Origin: Ancylonema sp.
Taxonomy: Eukaryota
DNA: 32,960 nucleotides
NCBI GenBank assembly: GCA_050230475.1
Contig: JBFLGF010000177.1
Coordinates: 62,001-94,960 of the forward strand
Reading direction: 5' to 3'
Shown here: positions 1 through 10,499 of the stretch, piece after piece
Numbering within the stretch: the first letter of the stretch is position 1
How the letters are laid out: every line of letters starts with the position of its first letter
The notes under the pieces: generated by a model
The model's input: the letters and a program-made list of their open reading frames with translations, nothing else
Database searches by the model: none
What the model was told of the DNA's origin: nothing
Made by a program: the position numbers and the translations under genes

Positions 1-753
1 TAGGGAGCGAAATCAATAATTGGGAAAAAAAGACGATGCATGTTTCTCCGCCGCTGACTCATTGCTTCGGTGACTTCATCGTTCGGTTTGTGACCGACGA
101 TCAATCGATCATATGATTTTTTTTTACAACAATACATCATCACTGACGTTCCGTATTTTTACTTTGCTGTCGAGAAGTATTTGTGTGTGAGTTGTAGACA
201 ATTAGGGAGCATACATGGTCGACAACGACTCAGATCCGGAGCTTGCCGACGCTTTGCTTGCTATGCAATAAATAAAGGATAGTCTGAAGGGAAAACAAAA
301 CCCACAAAACGAGCAAAAGGAGCAGATATATGGTAAATACCTTTGGAAACATCATTTCCGCCAACGTCCTAGACTTGATGGGAAGACAGGTCACGAGAAA
401 GCTGATTCACGGTCTTATCAAGAAGTTTGTTTGCAATGCGAAACCAGACGATGACGTCGACGAAAGCGATGCCACATCTTTTACGGGGGCGAAGCGTCCA
501 TTGAAAGAGGTCTTCATGTCTAGTTTGGGTGCTATGGGCTTCATTAGTCTCAGTAGCCTCACACGCTAGGAGTTGGTGCAATGATTGGTGTGGTACATAT
601 GTATTTCACACGATTGATCAATATAACTGTTTTGTATCACTTTCACTCATTTGTCACATATATGTGCCGAAAATATATTTTGTTCCATATGCACGCACTC
701 TATCTTGTTTTTGGCTCAATATTGTTCGTTAGGGAAAAAGTAAACACTCCTAT

Positions 754-1206
754 TGTTAGGACCCTCGCTATAGTCACTAGGGCTCCTTAGCGAGGTTCCC
801 ACACTTAGCGCTAGAGCGCTAATAGCTCATATTCCACTATAGCGAGTTCTGTCCCTATAGAGTGGGAGTTGTGTCCCTAGCGGCCGCCTGGCCCCTAGGG
901 AGTATTCTGATGTGTCCTTAGCTCCGGCAGTTGTGCCGTTAGCCAGACTTGATGTGTCCTTATCATATTCAGAGTGAGTTATCCCACTTGGAGTCGTGGT
1001 TCAGACTTCAGCCAGTTCCTATATCTAGTCGATAGGATAGGAAAGCCTTTAGAGCATTCCTATCAACTCATGTATTTGCCCCTTCCGATTATTATCACCA
1101 CCCTTTTCCCCTTGGCTCATACCATCTCATTCATTCGGCATTTCGCCATCTTTCCGCTTGGTGCATATCGCAACTTGCTTGCTAGGGCGTCTTTTGCATC
1201 CGTCCA
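754..1206 (+). mobile_element. Solo LTR of gypsy/chromovirus family A
   Basis: Starts TGTTAGGACCCTCGCTA like the LTRs at 1533, 6682 and 12137. Ends ...CATCCGTCCA. Flanked by a perfect 5-bp TSD CCTAT (749-753, 1207-1211). No internal sequence follows. Confidence 0.92.
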
Positions 1207-1429
1207 CCTATGCAGTCTCGAACATCAATGGAAACATGAAAATGGTAAGTGAAAGAGAATTACCATGCCAATCACTCCTAGTGATCCAAGTGAACATGAT
1301 AAGTAATGTAGTACAAAAATATGACCTTGAAATTGTCAACCTCGCGGAAAACACTAAGGATTTTCTCAAATTTTAATTATAAATGATCAATATTGTGATG
1401 AAGATGGTGTGCTATTAGCCACCCGTAAT

Positions 1430-1532
1430 TAGGGTTGTTACCTCCGCGCCAACCGCGCGGCGGCCAACCGCGTAATCGCGCGGTGGCCAACCCTGACTGC
1501 GTTCATATAGGTAACGGTTGGCCCACCCGGAT
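1430..1532. mobile_element. Possible truncated left end of a hAT-like DNA element
   Basis: Begins TAGGGTTG (hAT-like terminus), followed by repeated CCAACC(GCG) motifs, and is cut off by the LTR at 1533. No partner TIR found. Confidence 0.3.
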
Positions 1533-1990
1533 TGTTAGGACCCTCGCTACAGTCACTAGAGCTCCTTAGCGAGGTCCTCACACTTAGCGCTCGAGCGCTA
1601 TTAGCTCATATTCCCCTGTAGCGAGTTCTGTCCCTATAGAGTGGGAGTTGTGTCCCTAGCGGCCGCCTGGCCCCGAGGGAGTATTCTGATGTGTCCTTAG
1701 CTCCGGCAGTTGTGCCGTTAGCCAGACTTGAGGTGTACTTAGCATATCCAGAGTGAGTTATCCCACTTGGAGTCGTGATTCAGACCTGAGCCAGTTTACT
1801 ATATATAGTCGATAGGAATGCCTTTAGAGCATATCAACTCATGACCATATCAACCCGACCATCGTGACCATCGGCTCATTCGCCCCTATCCTCGACCATC
1901 TTGACCATCGATTCATCTTTTCACCATCATTTTGTGTGTGCATTCGCAACCCAGTTTTGCTAGGAGTTCCATCAGATTCCACTCCTAACA
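1533..1990 (+). repeat. 5' LTR, family A
   Basis: TGTTAGGA...TCCTAACA terminal inverted repeat; TATATATA at 1800-1807; direct repeat of 6682-7128. Confidence 0.95.
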
Positions 1991-1992
1991 CT

Positions 1993-2003
1993 TTGATAGG
2001 AAT
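1993..2003 (+). promoter_or_regulatory. Putative self-priming primer-binding site (TTGATAGGAAT)
   Basis: Starts 2 nt after the 5' LTR and lacks the TGG of a tRNA PBS. It is the exact reverse complement of ATTCCTATCAA, found about 30 nt downstream of the TATA-like motif in four family-A LTRs. Confidence 0.6.
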
Positions 2004-2063
2004 TCACTTGAAATTTTTTAACTTTTAGGGGAAAAATTTCACTTTTTCAGTTCAGTTTTCTTC

Positions 2064-3105
2064 ATGGAGTTACAACATAAATGCAATGAGGTTGCAACTC
2101 AGCGAAAACATGGAACGTCAGGCGGAAACAAGATATCGCATAACAACTTGATTTGCTCACAATTGAGCGAGCTTCATGAAAAAAGATGGTGGAGGCGCAC
2201 CTCAGCACCCCATCTTCCCAGCCCTACCCACTTCCTTTGCTCAACCCCAGTTTCCCCACCAGTCTACAAGCCACCTTCCTCAGAAATGGTCCTCCCTGAT
2301 TTACAGAAATATTCTGGCGATTCTGCAAATCTGGCAACTTTTATACGACTCGTGCGGAACCAGATTCGGGTGGCTCCCATCAGATTCTCTGACCCGGAGC
2401 ATACCGTTCTCTACTTCTCGTCTTTCCTAACTGGTGCTGCTGGCGACTGGTTCACTCAGCAACACGACCTAGATACCAATCTTCCCACGGGCTATGACGT
2501 GAACACTCTTCTCAGGGGGCTGAGTGAAGCTTTTGGCGACACCCCTTCCAACCTGACCACCGAACGCCAGCTGCGAGAACTCAAACAAACAGGGGGCGTT
2601 CAGGATTTCTTCACTTCCAAGTTCAGAACCTTAGTCAGAGGGTTTCACGGGTGGGGAGATCACCCATTGATATTTACTTACTTTGAGAAACTGAAGCCAG
2701 AGCTCAGGCAGGAGATCTTGAAGGTTCAGTCCCCCCCTGACACCTTCTCCGAGTATGTTACCTTCGTCAAGAATATCGAAAACGCCCTGGCTGCTGCTCG
2801 TTTGGACAGGCCCTCCAGATCCACCTACATCCCCCCACCAGCAGCCAGAGTTGCAGATCAGTTCCCCCAAGCCCCTCACCTGCAGATTGCAGATTGTCCC
2901 CATGGACATCGATGGCACCCGCCGCCAGATCCTCAAGGTAGAACCCGCGGAGATGGCCCGCCGTGTGGCTGGCAACCTGTGTCTGTACGGTGGCCTGCCA
3001 GGCCATGACAACAGAACCTGCCCCAACAAGGGCAAGGGCCGCACCGAGCGCTTCCTCGATCTGCACCCCCCCGAGTCAAAAAACGACTACCCCACACAGT
3101 CCTAG
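2064..3105 (+). pseudogene. gag: gag of family A (frameshifted)
   Basis: Retrotrans-gag-like segment (FLTGAAGDWF, ERQLRELKQTGGVQDF) in ORF 2064-3008. It continues in ORF 2755-3105 with PMDIDG and a degenerate zinc knuckle CLYGGLPGHDNRTC. Confidence 0.88.
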
Positions 3106-3133
3106 GAGGGGTCTGTGCGGGTCCCTTTCCCCT
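3078..3133 (+). promoter_or_regulatory. Putative gag-pol recoding signal (A_AAA_AAC slippery site plus stem/pseudoknot)
   Basis: Heptamer AAAAAAC (3078-3084) is in gag frame. A 6-nt spacer precedes the stem CCCACACAG 3091-3099 / CTGTGCGGG 3113-3121. Loop AGGGG 3107-3111 can pair with CCCCT 3129-3133. Confidence 0.6.
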
Positions 3134-6100
3134 ACCCTCCCCTTCCCCACCCCCGCCAACTTCTGCTGGCCTGCCATCTGCTCCGTTACCCCCTCCCGTC
3201 CATATCTGTCAAAGTGCTGATCGACTCTGGGGCGTCAGGCAACTTTATAGACCCGCAGGTTTTGTCAGACAACAACCTCCCAACCCACCCCCATCCCCAC
3301 CCCATCCCACTCGAGCTGATAGACGGTAGCCCCCCGGCTGCGGGCCCCATTACCTGCTATTTTTCGGCGCAGCTCAGATCCCCAGGCAACCACACGGAAA
3401 CCATCACCTTGGACGTCACCCGGCTGGCGCACTGCCCGGTGGTCCTCGGTTTCCCGTGGCTGCACAAACATAACCCAAACATAGACTGGAGGTCAGGCAC
3501 CATATCCCTCACCAGCCCTCACTGTGCCGCTCAGTGCTTGCTTCCAACCCCCACCACCACCCCCATACCCAGTCTCCAACCTTCCCCCCCTTCCCCCCTT
3601 CCCTTACCCCAAGCCCAGCCAAAACCTGCACTTTTACACGCGGTGCAGCTCCCTACAGACCCTGCCCTTCTCGCCCAGCTGCCTCCCGAATACCACGACT
3701 TTGCAGACGTGTTCTCCGAGCAATCTGCAAACACCCTCCCCCCCCACAGGCCTTATGACTTGGAGATCCCCCTCCTGCCAGGTGCAGAACCCCCCTGGGG
3801 GCCAATTTACTCCCTGTCAGAACCAGAGCTGGCAACTCTTAAGACATACATCACTGACAACCTGCGCAACGGCTTCATCAGGCCGTCGTCCAGCCCGGGA
3901 GGAGCACCTGTCATGTTCATCAAAAAACCTGACGGGAAACTACGCTTGTGCGTCGACTACCGCAAGCTAAATGCGGTGACTATCAAAAACCGCTGCCCCC
4001 TACCCCTCCTACCTGAGCTGCTCGACCGCCTAAACTCCGCCACGATCTTCACGAAGATCGACCTCCGCAACGCCTATCACTAGCTGCGAGTAAAGGAGGG
4101 GGATGAGTACAAGACCGCATTCCGCTGCCGCTAGGGACACTACGAGTACCAGGTCTGCCCTTTCGGGCCCACCATTGCCCCGGCAGCATTCCAGTCTTTC
4201 ATCAACGACGTCTTTCGGGCCCCTCTCGACGTCTACCTCGCAAACCTGCTCGACGACATGATTATCTACTCCCCATCCCCTGCTGAACACGTCCCTCACG
4301 TCCGTGCTATCCCAATGATCCTACGAGAAAATAAACTCTACGCCAAAATCGAGAAGTGCCAGTTCAATACTGACACTATCGCCTTTCTAGGCTACCAGGT
4401 CTCTCCAGCAGGCGTGGGGTATGGACCCCCAGAAAGTGGCATCTCTCCTTGACTGGCGCAGCCCTAGTCCGTCAAGGAGGTCCAGTCATTTCTGGGGTTT
4501 GCTAATTTCTACAGGCGTTTTATTAAGATTATTCGACGGTGGCGTGCCCCCATACCTCATTAACACGCAAGGGAGCGACCTTTGGCTGGACACGGGAGGC
4601 GGAGGCAGCTTTCACATCTCTCAAGCGGGCCTTCACTTCCGCTCCAGGTCCTGCAGCACTTCCAGCCCCGAGCCACTCACCCTCGAAGCCGACGCCTCGA
4701 CTTCGGCCTCGGCTGCGTCCTATCGCAGCCAGACGCCAGCGGCGACCTTCACCCCGTCGCGTTGTACTCCCGCAAGTTCATCCCCGCAAAACTAAACTAC
4801 CCTATCTACGACAAAGAACTGCTAGCCATCGTGGCGGCCTTTCGTCAGTGGCGCGTCTATCTGGAAGGGGCAGCACACCCTATTGTGGTCTATACGGACC
4901 ACAAGAACCTGGAATACTTTCAGGCAACCCGAACTACATCCCGAAGACATGCTAGATGGGCCGAGACGCTGGCAGCCTACGACTTCACTATTGTCTACCG
5001 GAAGGGGTCCAGCAATGGCAAGCCGGACGCCCTCTCCCGCAGACCTGACTACCTGCTGCCAGCTACATCCCCCCACCCTATCCTCCCCCCACCAGCTCTT
5101 CTACCAATTCCCCCGGTGCGTGCGGCAGCTATCCTGCTGGCACCTAATGACCCCATCCTACACGACGTGCGCGCGGCTCAGCTAGCGGACCCTACTCTAT
5201 ACGCTATCGTTACGTCCCTACAACCAGGACCCGCTCGGGAATCCAACCCGAGTCGCACTGCAGGTGAGTCCAATTTCCCATACACCCTACGAGACGGCCT
5301 CCTCTATCATAGCGGCCGACTCGCTATTCCCCCTACCGCTGCAGCCCTCATACTTTCTATCCTGACACAACACTACGACGCACCTATGGCAGGCCACTTC
5401 GGCACTGCCCGCACGCATGCGCTGGTAGCGCAGTACTTCCACTGGCCCTGGCCTCTCAAGGCAGTGGAGGAGTACGTGCGTACGACGTGCGACATCGCCC
5501 GGAACAAGCCGGTGCGCCATGCGCCCTATGGACTGCTATCCCCCTCTCCCTATCCCTATACAGCCCTGGGCCAGTGTATCCCTAGATTGGATTACTGATC
5601 TACCCCCCAGCGACTATCACGACGCCATTCTTGTGGTCGTCGACCGCCTCACGAAGCAGGCCCACTTCATCCCTACTACCAAGGCCATGGCGGCTCCTGA
5701 GGTCGCAGCGTTGTTCGTGCAGCAAGTCGTGCGCTTGCATCGGGTGCCCAGCAACCTCATCAGCGACCGCGATCCCATCTTCACCAGCCATTTTTGGCGC
5801 CGGCTATTGGAGCTGCTCGGCGTCCGGGCCAACCGGTTCCTCTGCTTTTCACCCGCAGACGGACGGGCAGACGGAGCGCCTTAATTTCTCGGTTTTAGAT
5901 AGAACAATATCTACGCATACCGATTACCAGCAATCCGATTGGTCCCAACTCCTGCCGCTGGCGGAGTTCGCTTATAACAACTCCAAGCACTCCGCCACCA
6001 CCCTTTCCCCGTTCTTTGCCAACTACGGCTTCACCACCCGCAGATGTCGCTGCTCCCACCCTCCCCAATTTCCCCCAACCCCGCAGCCGACGACTACGTC

Positions 6101-6670
6101 AAAACGATCCACGACACCCAAGATTTCCTACAGTCAGCGCTTCGCAAATCCAAGCGGGCAATGGAAATCTCGGCCAATCGGAAGCGCAAACCAGCTCCGA
6201 TATTTTCGCCGGGTCAGAAAGTATGGCTGTCCCGGTGCCACGTCGGATCCACTCGTCCTTCCTCCAAACTGGATGTCCGTCGTCTGGGTCCTTTTCCGGT
6301 TCTTGGCCAGATCGGCACCTCGTCGTATCGCTTGGAGCTGCCGGCCTCTGTGAAACTCCATCCCGTCTTCCACGTCAGCCCTCCTCGAGCCGTACCATGC
6401 CAACTCCCTTCCCGGGGTCGTGTCGTGGCGCCTCCACCTCCAGTCGTTTGTGGAACGGCGCGCCGCACCATGAGGTTGGCCACAGTTCTGGACAAATTCG
6501 TGCGGGGCCGCCGGCTATTTTACCTCGTCGATTGGGTCGGGTACGATGAATCGGAGCGTTCTTGGGAACCTGCCGACAACATGGAAAATGCTGCTGACGC
6601 GGTCGCCGATTTCCATGCCACATTTCCCGCTCGGCCTGCACCGCCTCCCTCATCGCGTTCCGCGCCTTGA
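3115..6670 (+). pseudogene. pol: pol of family A: protease, RT, RNase H, integrase, chromodomain; multiple stops and frameshifts
   Basis: [10 protein letters not shown] (PR); [16 protein letters not shown] and [10 protein letters not shown] (RT; stop at 4081, YLDD degenerate to LLDD); YDKELLAIV and YTDHKNLEY (RH); VVVDRLTK and [11 protein letters not shown] (IN); LGPFPV (GPY/F); YLVDWVGYDESERSWEP (chromodomain). Confidence 0.95.
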
Positions 6671-6678
6671 GGGGGGGG
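6669..6678 (+). promoter_or_regulatory. Polypurine tract, family A
   Basis: GAGGGGGGGG ends 3 nt before the 3' LTR. Confidence 0.85.
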
Positions 6679-6681
6679 TAC

Positions 6682-7128
6682 TGTTAGGACCCTCGCTACA
6701 GTCACTAGGGCTCCTTAGCGAGAGGTCCTCACACTTAGCGCTAGAGCGCTACTAGCTCATATTCCGTTGTAGCGAGTTCTGTCCCTATAGAGTGGGAGTT
6801 GTGTCCCTAGCGGCCGCCTGGCCCCTAGGGAGTATTCTGATGTGTCCTTAGCTCCGGCAGTTGTGCCGTTAGCCAGACTTGATGTGTCCTTAGCATATCC
6901 AGAGTGAGTTATCCCACTTGGAGTCGTGATTCAGACCTGAGCCAGTTTACTATATATAGTCGATAGGAATGCCTTTAGAGCATATCAACTCATGACCATA
7001 TCAACCCGACCATCGTGACCATCGGCTCATTCGCCCCTATCCTATCGACTCATTCTTTTCACCATCATTTTGTGTGTGCATTCGCAACCCAGTTTTGCTA
7101 GGAGTTCCATCAGATTCCACTCCTAACA
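6682..7128 (+). repeat. 3' LTR, family A
   Basis: Direct repeat of 1533-1990 with a few substitutions and a short indel. Confidence 0.95.
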
Positions 7129-9164
7129 ACCAAAGTCTCCATTGCCTTGGATAGTTTATCAAAAAAGTTGCATCTATCAGCTGGGTCTGACTAAGCCCGA
7201 CCCCCACCCGCTACGCACATGATTGTTGAATGTCATGGCGACGTAGTGGAGGTGGCCGTCCAGGTCGTAGTTTATTAGACAACACTCTAGCGTGAGGACC
7301 CGCAGGCTCGCGGTCCGGCCTCCGAGCTGACGAGACAGAAGAGACCGCTAGCTCCGCGGGTGGTTCCGCTCAACCAACAGATTCTAGAAGACGACTCTGA
7401 AGACATGGGCGACTCCATCGCTCACTACAACGGGGAGATAGGCTCCCACCAGACAAAATTTTTCATCGATGCTCGCGGTCTCTACTATAAGATCGCGATG
7501 CGTCCGGCCCGCATAAAAAAGGGCTACGAAGAGATCGAGTTCCTCCTCTACGACTTGGCTCCTTTCCTCGGGCGGGATGCCAGGAAAGTTTTGACCAGCC
7601 ACGTCACCGAAAAGACTGCGGTCTTTCCAGCCGGCCACGCGGATCATCAGCGGCAAGCGAATAGAGCTACCGCCCGCATAGCCTGGATGACCTACCGACG
7701 GGAGGAGGCAATCCCTCCCGACCTAGCACACCCTCCTCAACCTCCGCTAGCAGATGAACCGGACGACATCGAATCTTTCTTCGTTGCCATCCGTCTGCGA
7801 TTCATGAACGACGTTACCGAAGCCTTCAACAGGCTGCGTAACTTTCAGGCGGACCCAGAGGACTCTGTCCACATAATCTTCACGAAGATCGATGAAGATG
7901 TTACTCTTTGTGAGCAGTCTGGACGGACCATCCCGAGGCGGTCAAAATTGAGATGGATGCTACCTACCGAGTTGAGGAGGCGAGACGGCTGGCTGCACGC
8001 TTGCCAACCATGGGTCGCGATCAGATTCGTACCATCGTTGTTTCAGCGGAGAATACGCTGCAGGCCAGGACGGCTGAGTTCCGCAACTTCGGGTTGGATC
8101 CGGCCAACAACAACGTCACCAACCTGATTCTGCAGCCCGTGGCGAGGAGGGTGCACATCTTGCAAGGAAACTCCGACCAGCAGCAGCAGCAGCAGCAGTC
8201 ATCTAGGAGGCAGAACTCTGCTCCCACTCGCTCCAACCTACCCTCACCTTCTCTTGCCTAATCTGGCCGCGACGACCGTGCTTGCCACACGTGCGGCCAG
8301 ACAGGTCATTTGATACGGCACCGCCCGTCCAAGCCGACATCATCTGGAGCTGGCGAGTCTCAGGCAGCTCCTAGCACAGGTGGCCTGCAGCAGTCGCAGA
8401 CGCAGCACCGGCCTTCTACATCTGCTCCCTCGGGAGCTGCAAGCATCGGTGGGTCTCCACCGCTTCAGAGGTGGAACCTCACGGAGGCAAATCAGACGAA
8501 GGGTGCCAAGTGCACTTTTTGTCAAAAGATGCACCACACCGAAGTGCGGTGCAAGCAGAAGCAGGTTGGATACTCCCAAGCTTCCTCCCAGGCCACCCGG
8601 CATGCTCTACAAGCGCAACAAGGCACTGTGATGCAGCATATAGACGAGTTGCAGGAGCGTGAGCCTCGCTACCTCAACCACGGCTATGTGGTGGAGGATG
8701 ATCCCTTTCTTCATGGGTGCCAGCTGCCTCCCAAATCGGCCTTGAAGCTGCAAGCCGATGCTGAAGATCTAAATCTAAGGCGATCTTCCAGATTAGGTGC
8801 CAGGGAAGCAGCAGGCAAGAAAGTGGCCTGGGATCCGGTGACGGAGGAGCCGATCAGATACGAAGAGACCGGACCACTTTTGTCCGAGTCTGCTTCCACA
8901 ATGGGAGAGCGACTGGCCAAGCAGACAACTCCTTCCATCTTTGCTGATTCGAGCACCTCCGGGGAACCGGAACTAGAGCCACCTGAGGTTTCTTCTCCAG
9001 AACCTCCCCCACCTCCAGCTCCAGCCCGCACTCCAGCTCTTCCAAGCTTTGCACCTGTGACTGTACCCAGCTCTGGGGTGGCAGCTCCAGCTCGCAGAAG
9101 CCCTGCAACGGGACCAGATTATGGCACGGCGCGAGATAGGTGTCATGCCACTAGAGATTGTTAG
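7129..9164 (+). mobile_element. Fragment of gypsy family C: LTR 3' end, leader and degenerate gag
   Basis: 7129-7155 (ACCAAAGTCTCCATTGCCTTGGATAGT) matches the reverse complement of 30396-30422 at 25/27. Gag-like ORF pieces follow. Confidence 0.7.
7360..9164 (+). pseudogene. gag-like pseudogene with two zinc-knuckle motifs
   Basis: Broken ORFs 7360-8127, 7953-8261 and 8310-9164. Motifs CHTCGQTGHLIRHR (8283-8324, last Cys lost) and CTFCQKMHHTEVRC (8511-8552). Poly-Q (CAG) tract near 8177-8197. Confidence 0.65.
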
Positions 9165-10499
9165 AAAGTAAAGTCTTTTTAATTGTCGATCCGCTTGAAA
9201 AATAACAATTTTGGTAATTGTCGATTTTTAGTCGTTATATTGAACTCCGTCGTTATATGAGTTTCAATTTGTCAAACGTTTGATTTGATAATTTTATTAT
9301 ACTCAGTCAATCTAGAAAAGTCGGTGTACCACTTTTTCGATTTTAATTCGGAGTATTTTGTCGTATCGACGAGTAGATTCCCAGTGCGCGCCGAGCTTTA
9401 TCTCAGTCAGTTAACGTGGCGTTTGAACCGCCGCACGTGTTAAATCTATAACTCTAGAATAGACAGTCACGATTAGCTGTCTAGTCGATAGTTGTTTTCT
9501 ACCATAGATCAAGATAAGATCTAGATTACCGCGCGTGTGATCGATTGTACTAAAGCCTAAATCGCTTTATGAACTGCCAGCTTCCGCTGTTAGTTTACGT
9601 TGTCTGAATTTCAACAACTCTTTACAATCGCCATCTTTGCATCTCTATGAATTCGTGTACTCTGCAATCTTCAACAATCGTTATCAAGTGTGCCGTTTCG
9701 CCTTTGATATTCTCTGTGATTTTTTGCAAACTTCGCGTCGCCTACATCCAACCGTAAGTTCTGCGAAATTGCATGTTGCTTGTGCGTGGTGTCGCATCTC
9801 AAGTAGTACAAAAAGTCGTGTGCCGTTTTGCATACGCATTGTGTGAAATTTTGCCGTAGTCAAAATTATCGTTACCCTTGCAAAATCGTGACCCTTGCAA
9901 GTCATTGATTGTCAGCCGTTTTGTTGACATAAAAAATCGTTACAATTAGCTGCACCGTTTCGTGCGAGCTCAATCAGATAATTCACCCTTTGAATTGCCT
10001 GCACCCGGTCCAGATCTAGTGAATCGTTTTATTCACGACAACGTTTGATTCCTGAAACCAATAGTGAGTGCGCACCCCGTCGCAACCAACTATCATTCAT
10101 TTTGCACGTTTGTAGAAATTCTATAGCTATTTACCTTGCGTTCTTTTTATTCGTAGCTGTCACTTGTTGTGAAGTGCGATAACCTGCAACATCTGATTAG
10201 CCTTAGTGTTGTTTCCAGACCTCCCACCACTAAGCGTTGAGTGCATCTCATCTTTCGGCGAGTAGAAGCTACGGCAAACTTCGTTGATAAGTCACATACC
10301 GTGCTTGAATTACATTCTTGTGTGGTCAATAGGGATTCAACCTACACCAATCTACTCTAATGAGACCCAAATGATGACCAAAGGCCCAATCGTGCTGCTG
10401 CTCATCCAGACAAGCAGCCAAGTCATCAACCGACATCCGTCATTTTCATCGACGCAGGAAATTATAAAAAGTCAAGTTTTGCAGATTTTCCAAAATCTG

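Larger units (their letters stand above)
1533..7128 (+). mobile_element. Ty3/gypsy chromovirus LTR retrotransposon (family A), near full length, degenerate
   Basis: Two direct LTRs TG..CA (1533-1990, 6682-7128), domain order gag-PR-RT-RH-IN-chromodomain, and a PPT before the 3' LTR. Flanks CGGAT/ACCAA do not form a TSD. Confidence 0.95.

Noticed and set aside
1..750. Short ORFs, possible gene or TE remnant
   Set aside because: No recognisable motif or splice structure; cannot be assigned without a database search.
7237..7254. TGGCGACGTAGTGG as a tRNA PBS for family C
   Set aside because: It follows a CA, but lies about 80 bp beyond the matched LTR end, and I cannot match it to a specific tRNA.
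9149..10400. Possible DNA transposon (CACTAG at 9149, CCCAGTG near 9386, GTCG repeats)
   Set aside because: No convincing TIR pair or TSD; left unannotated.
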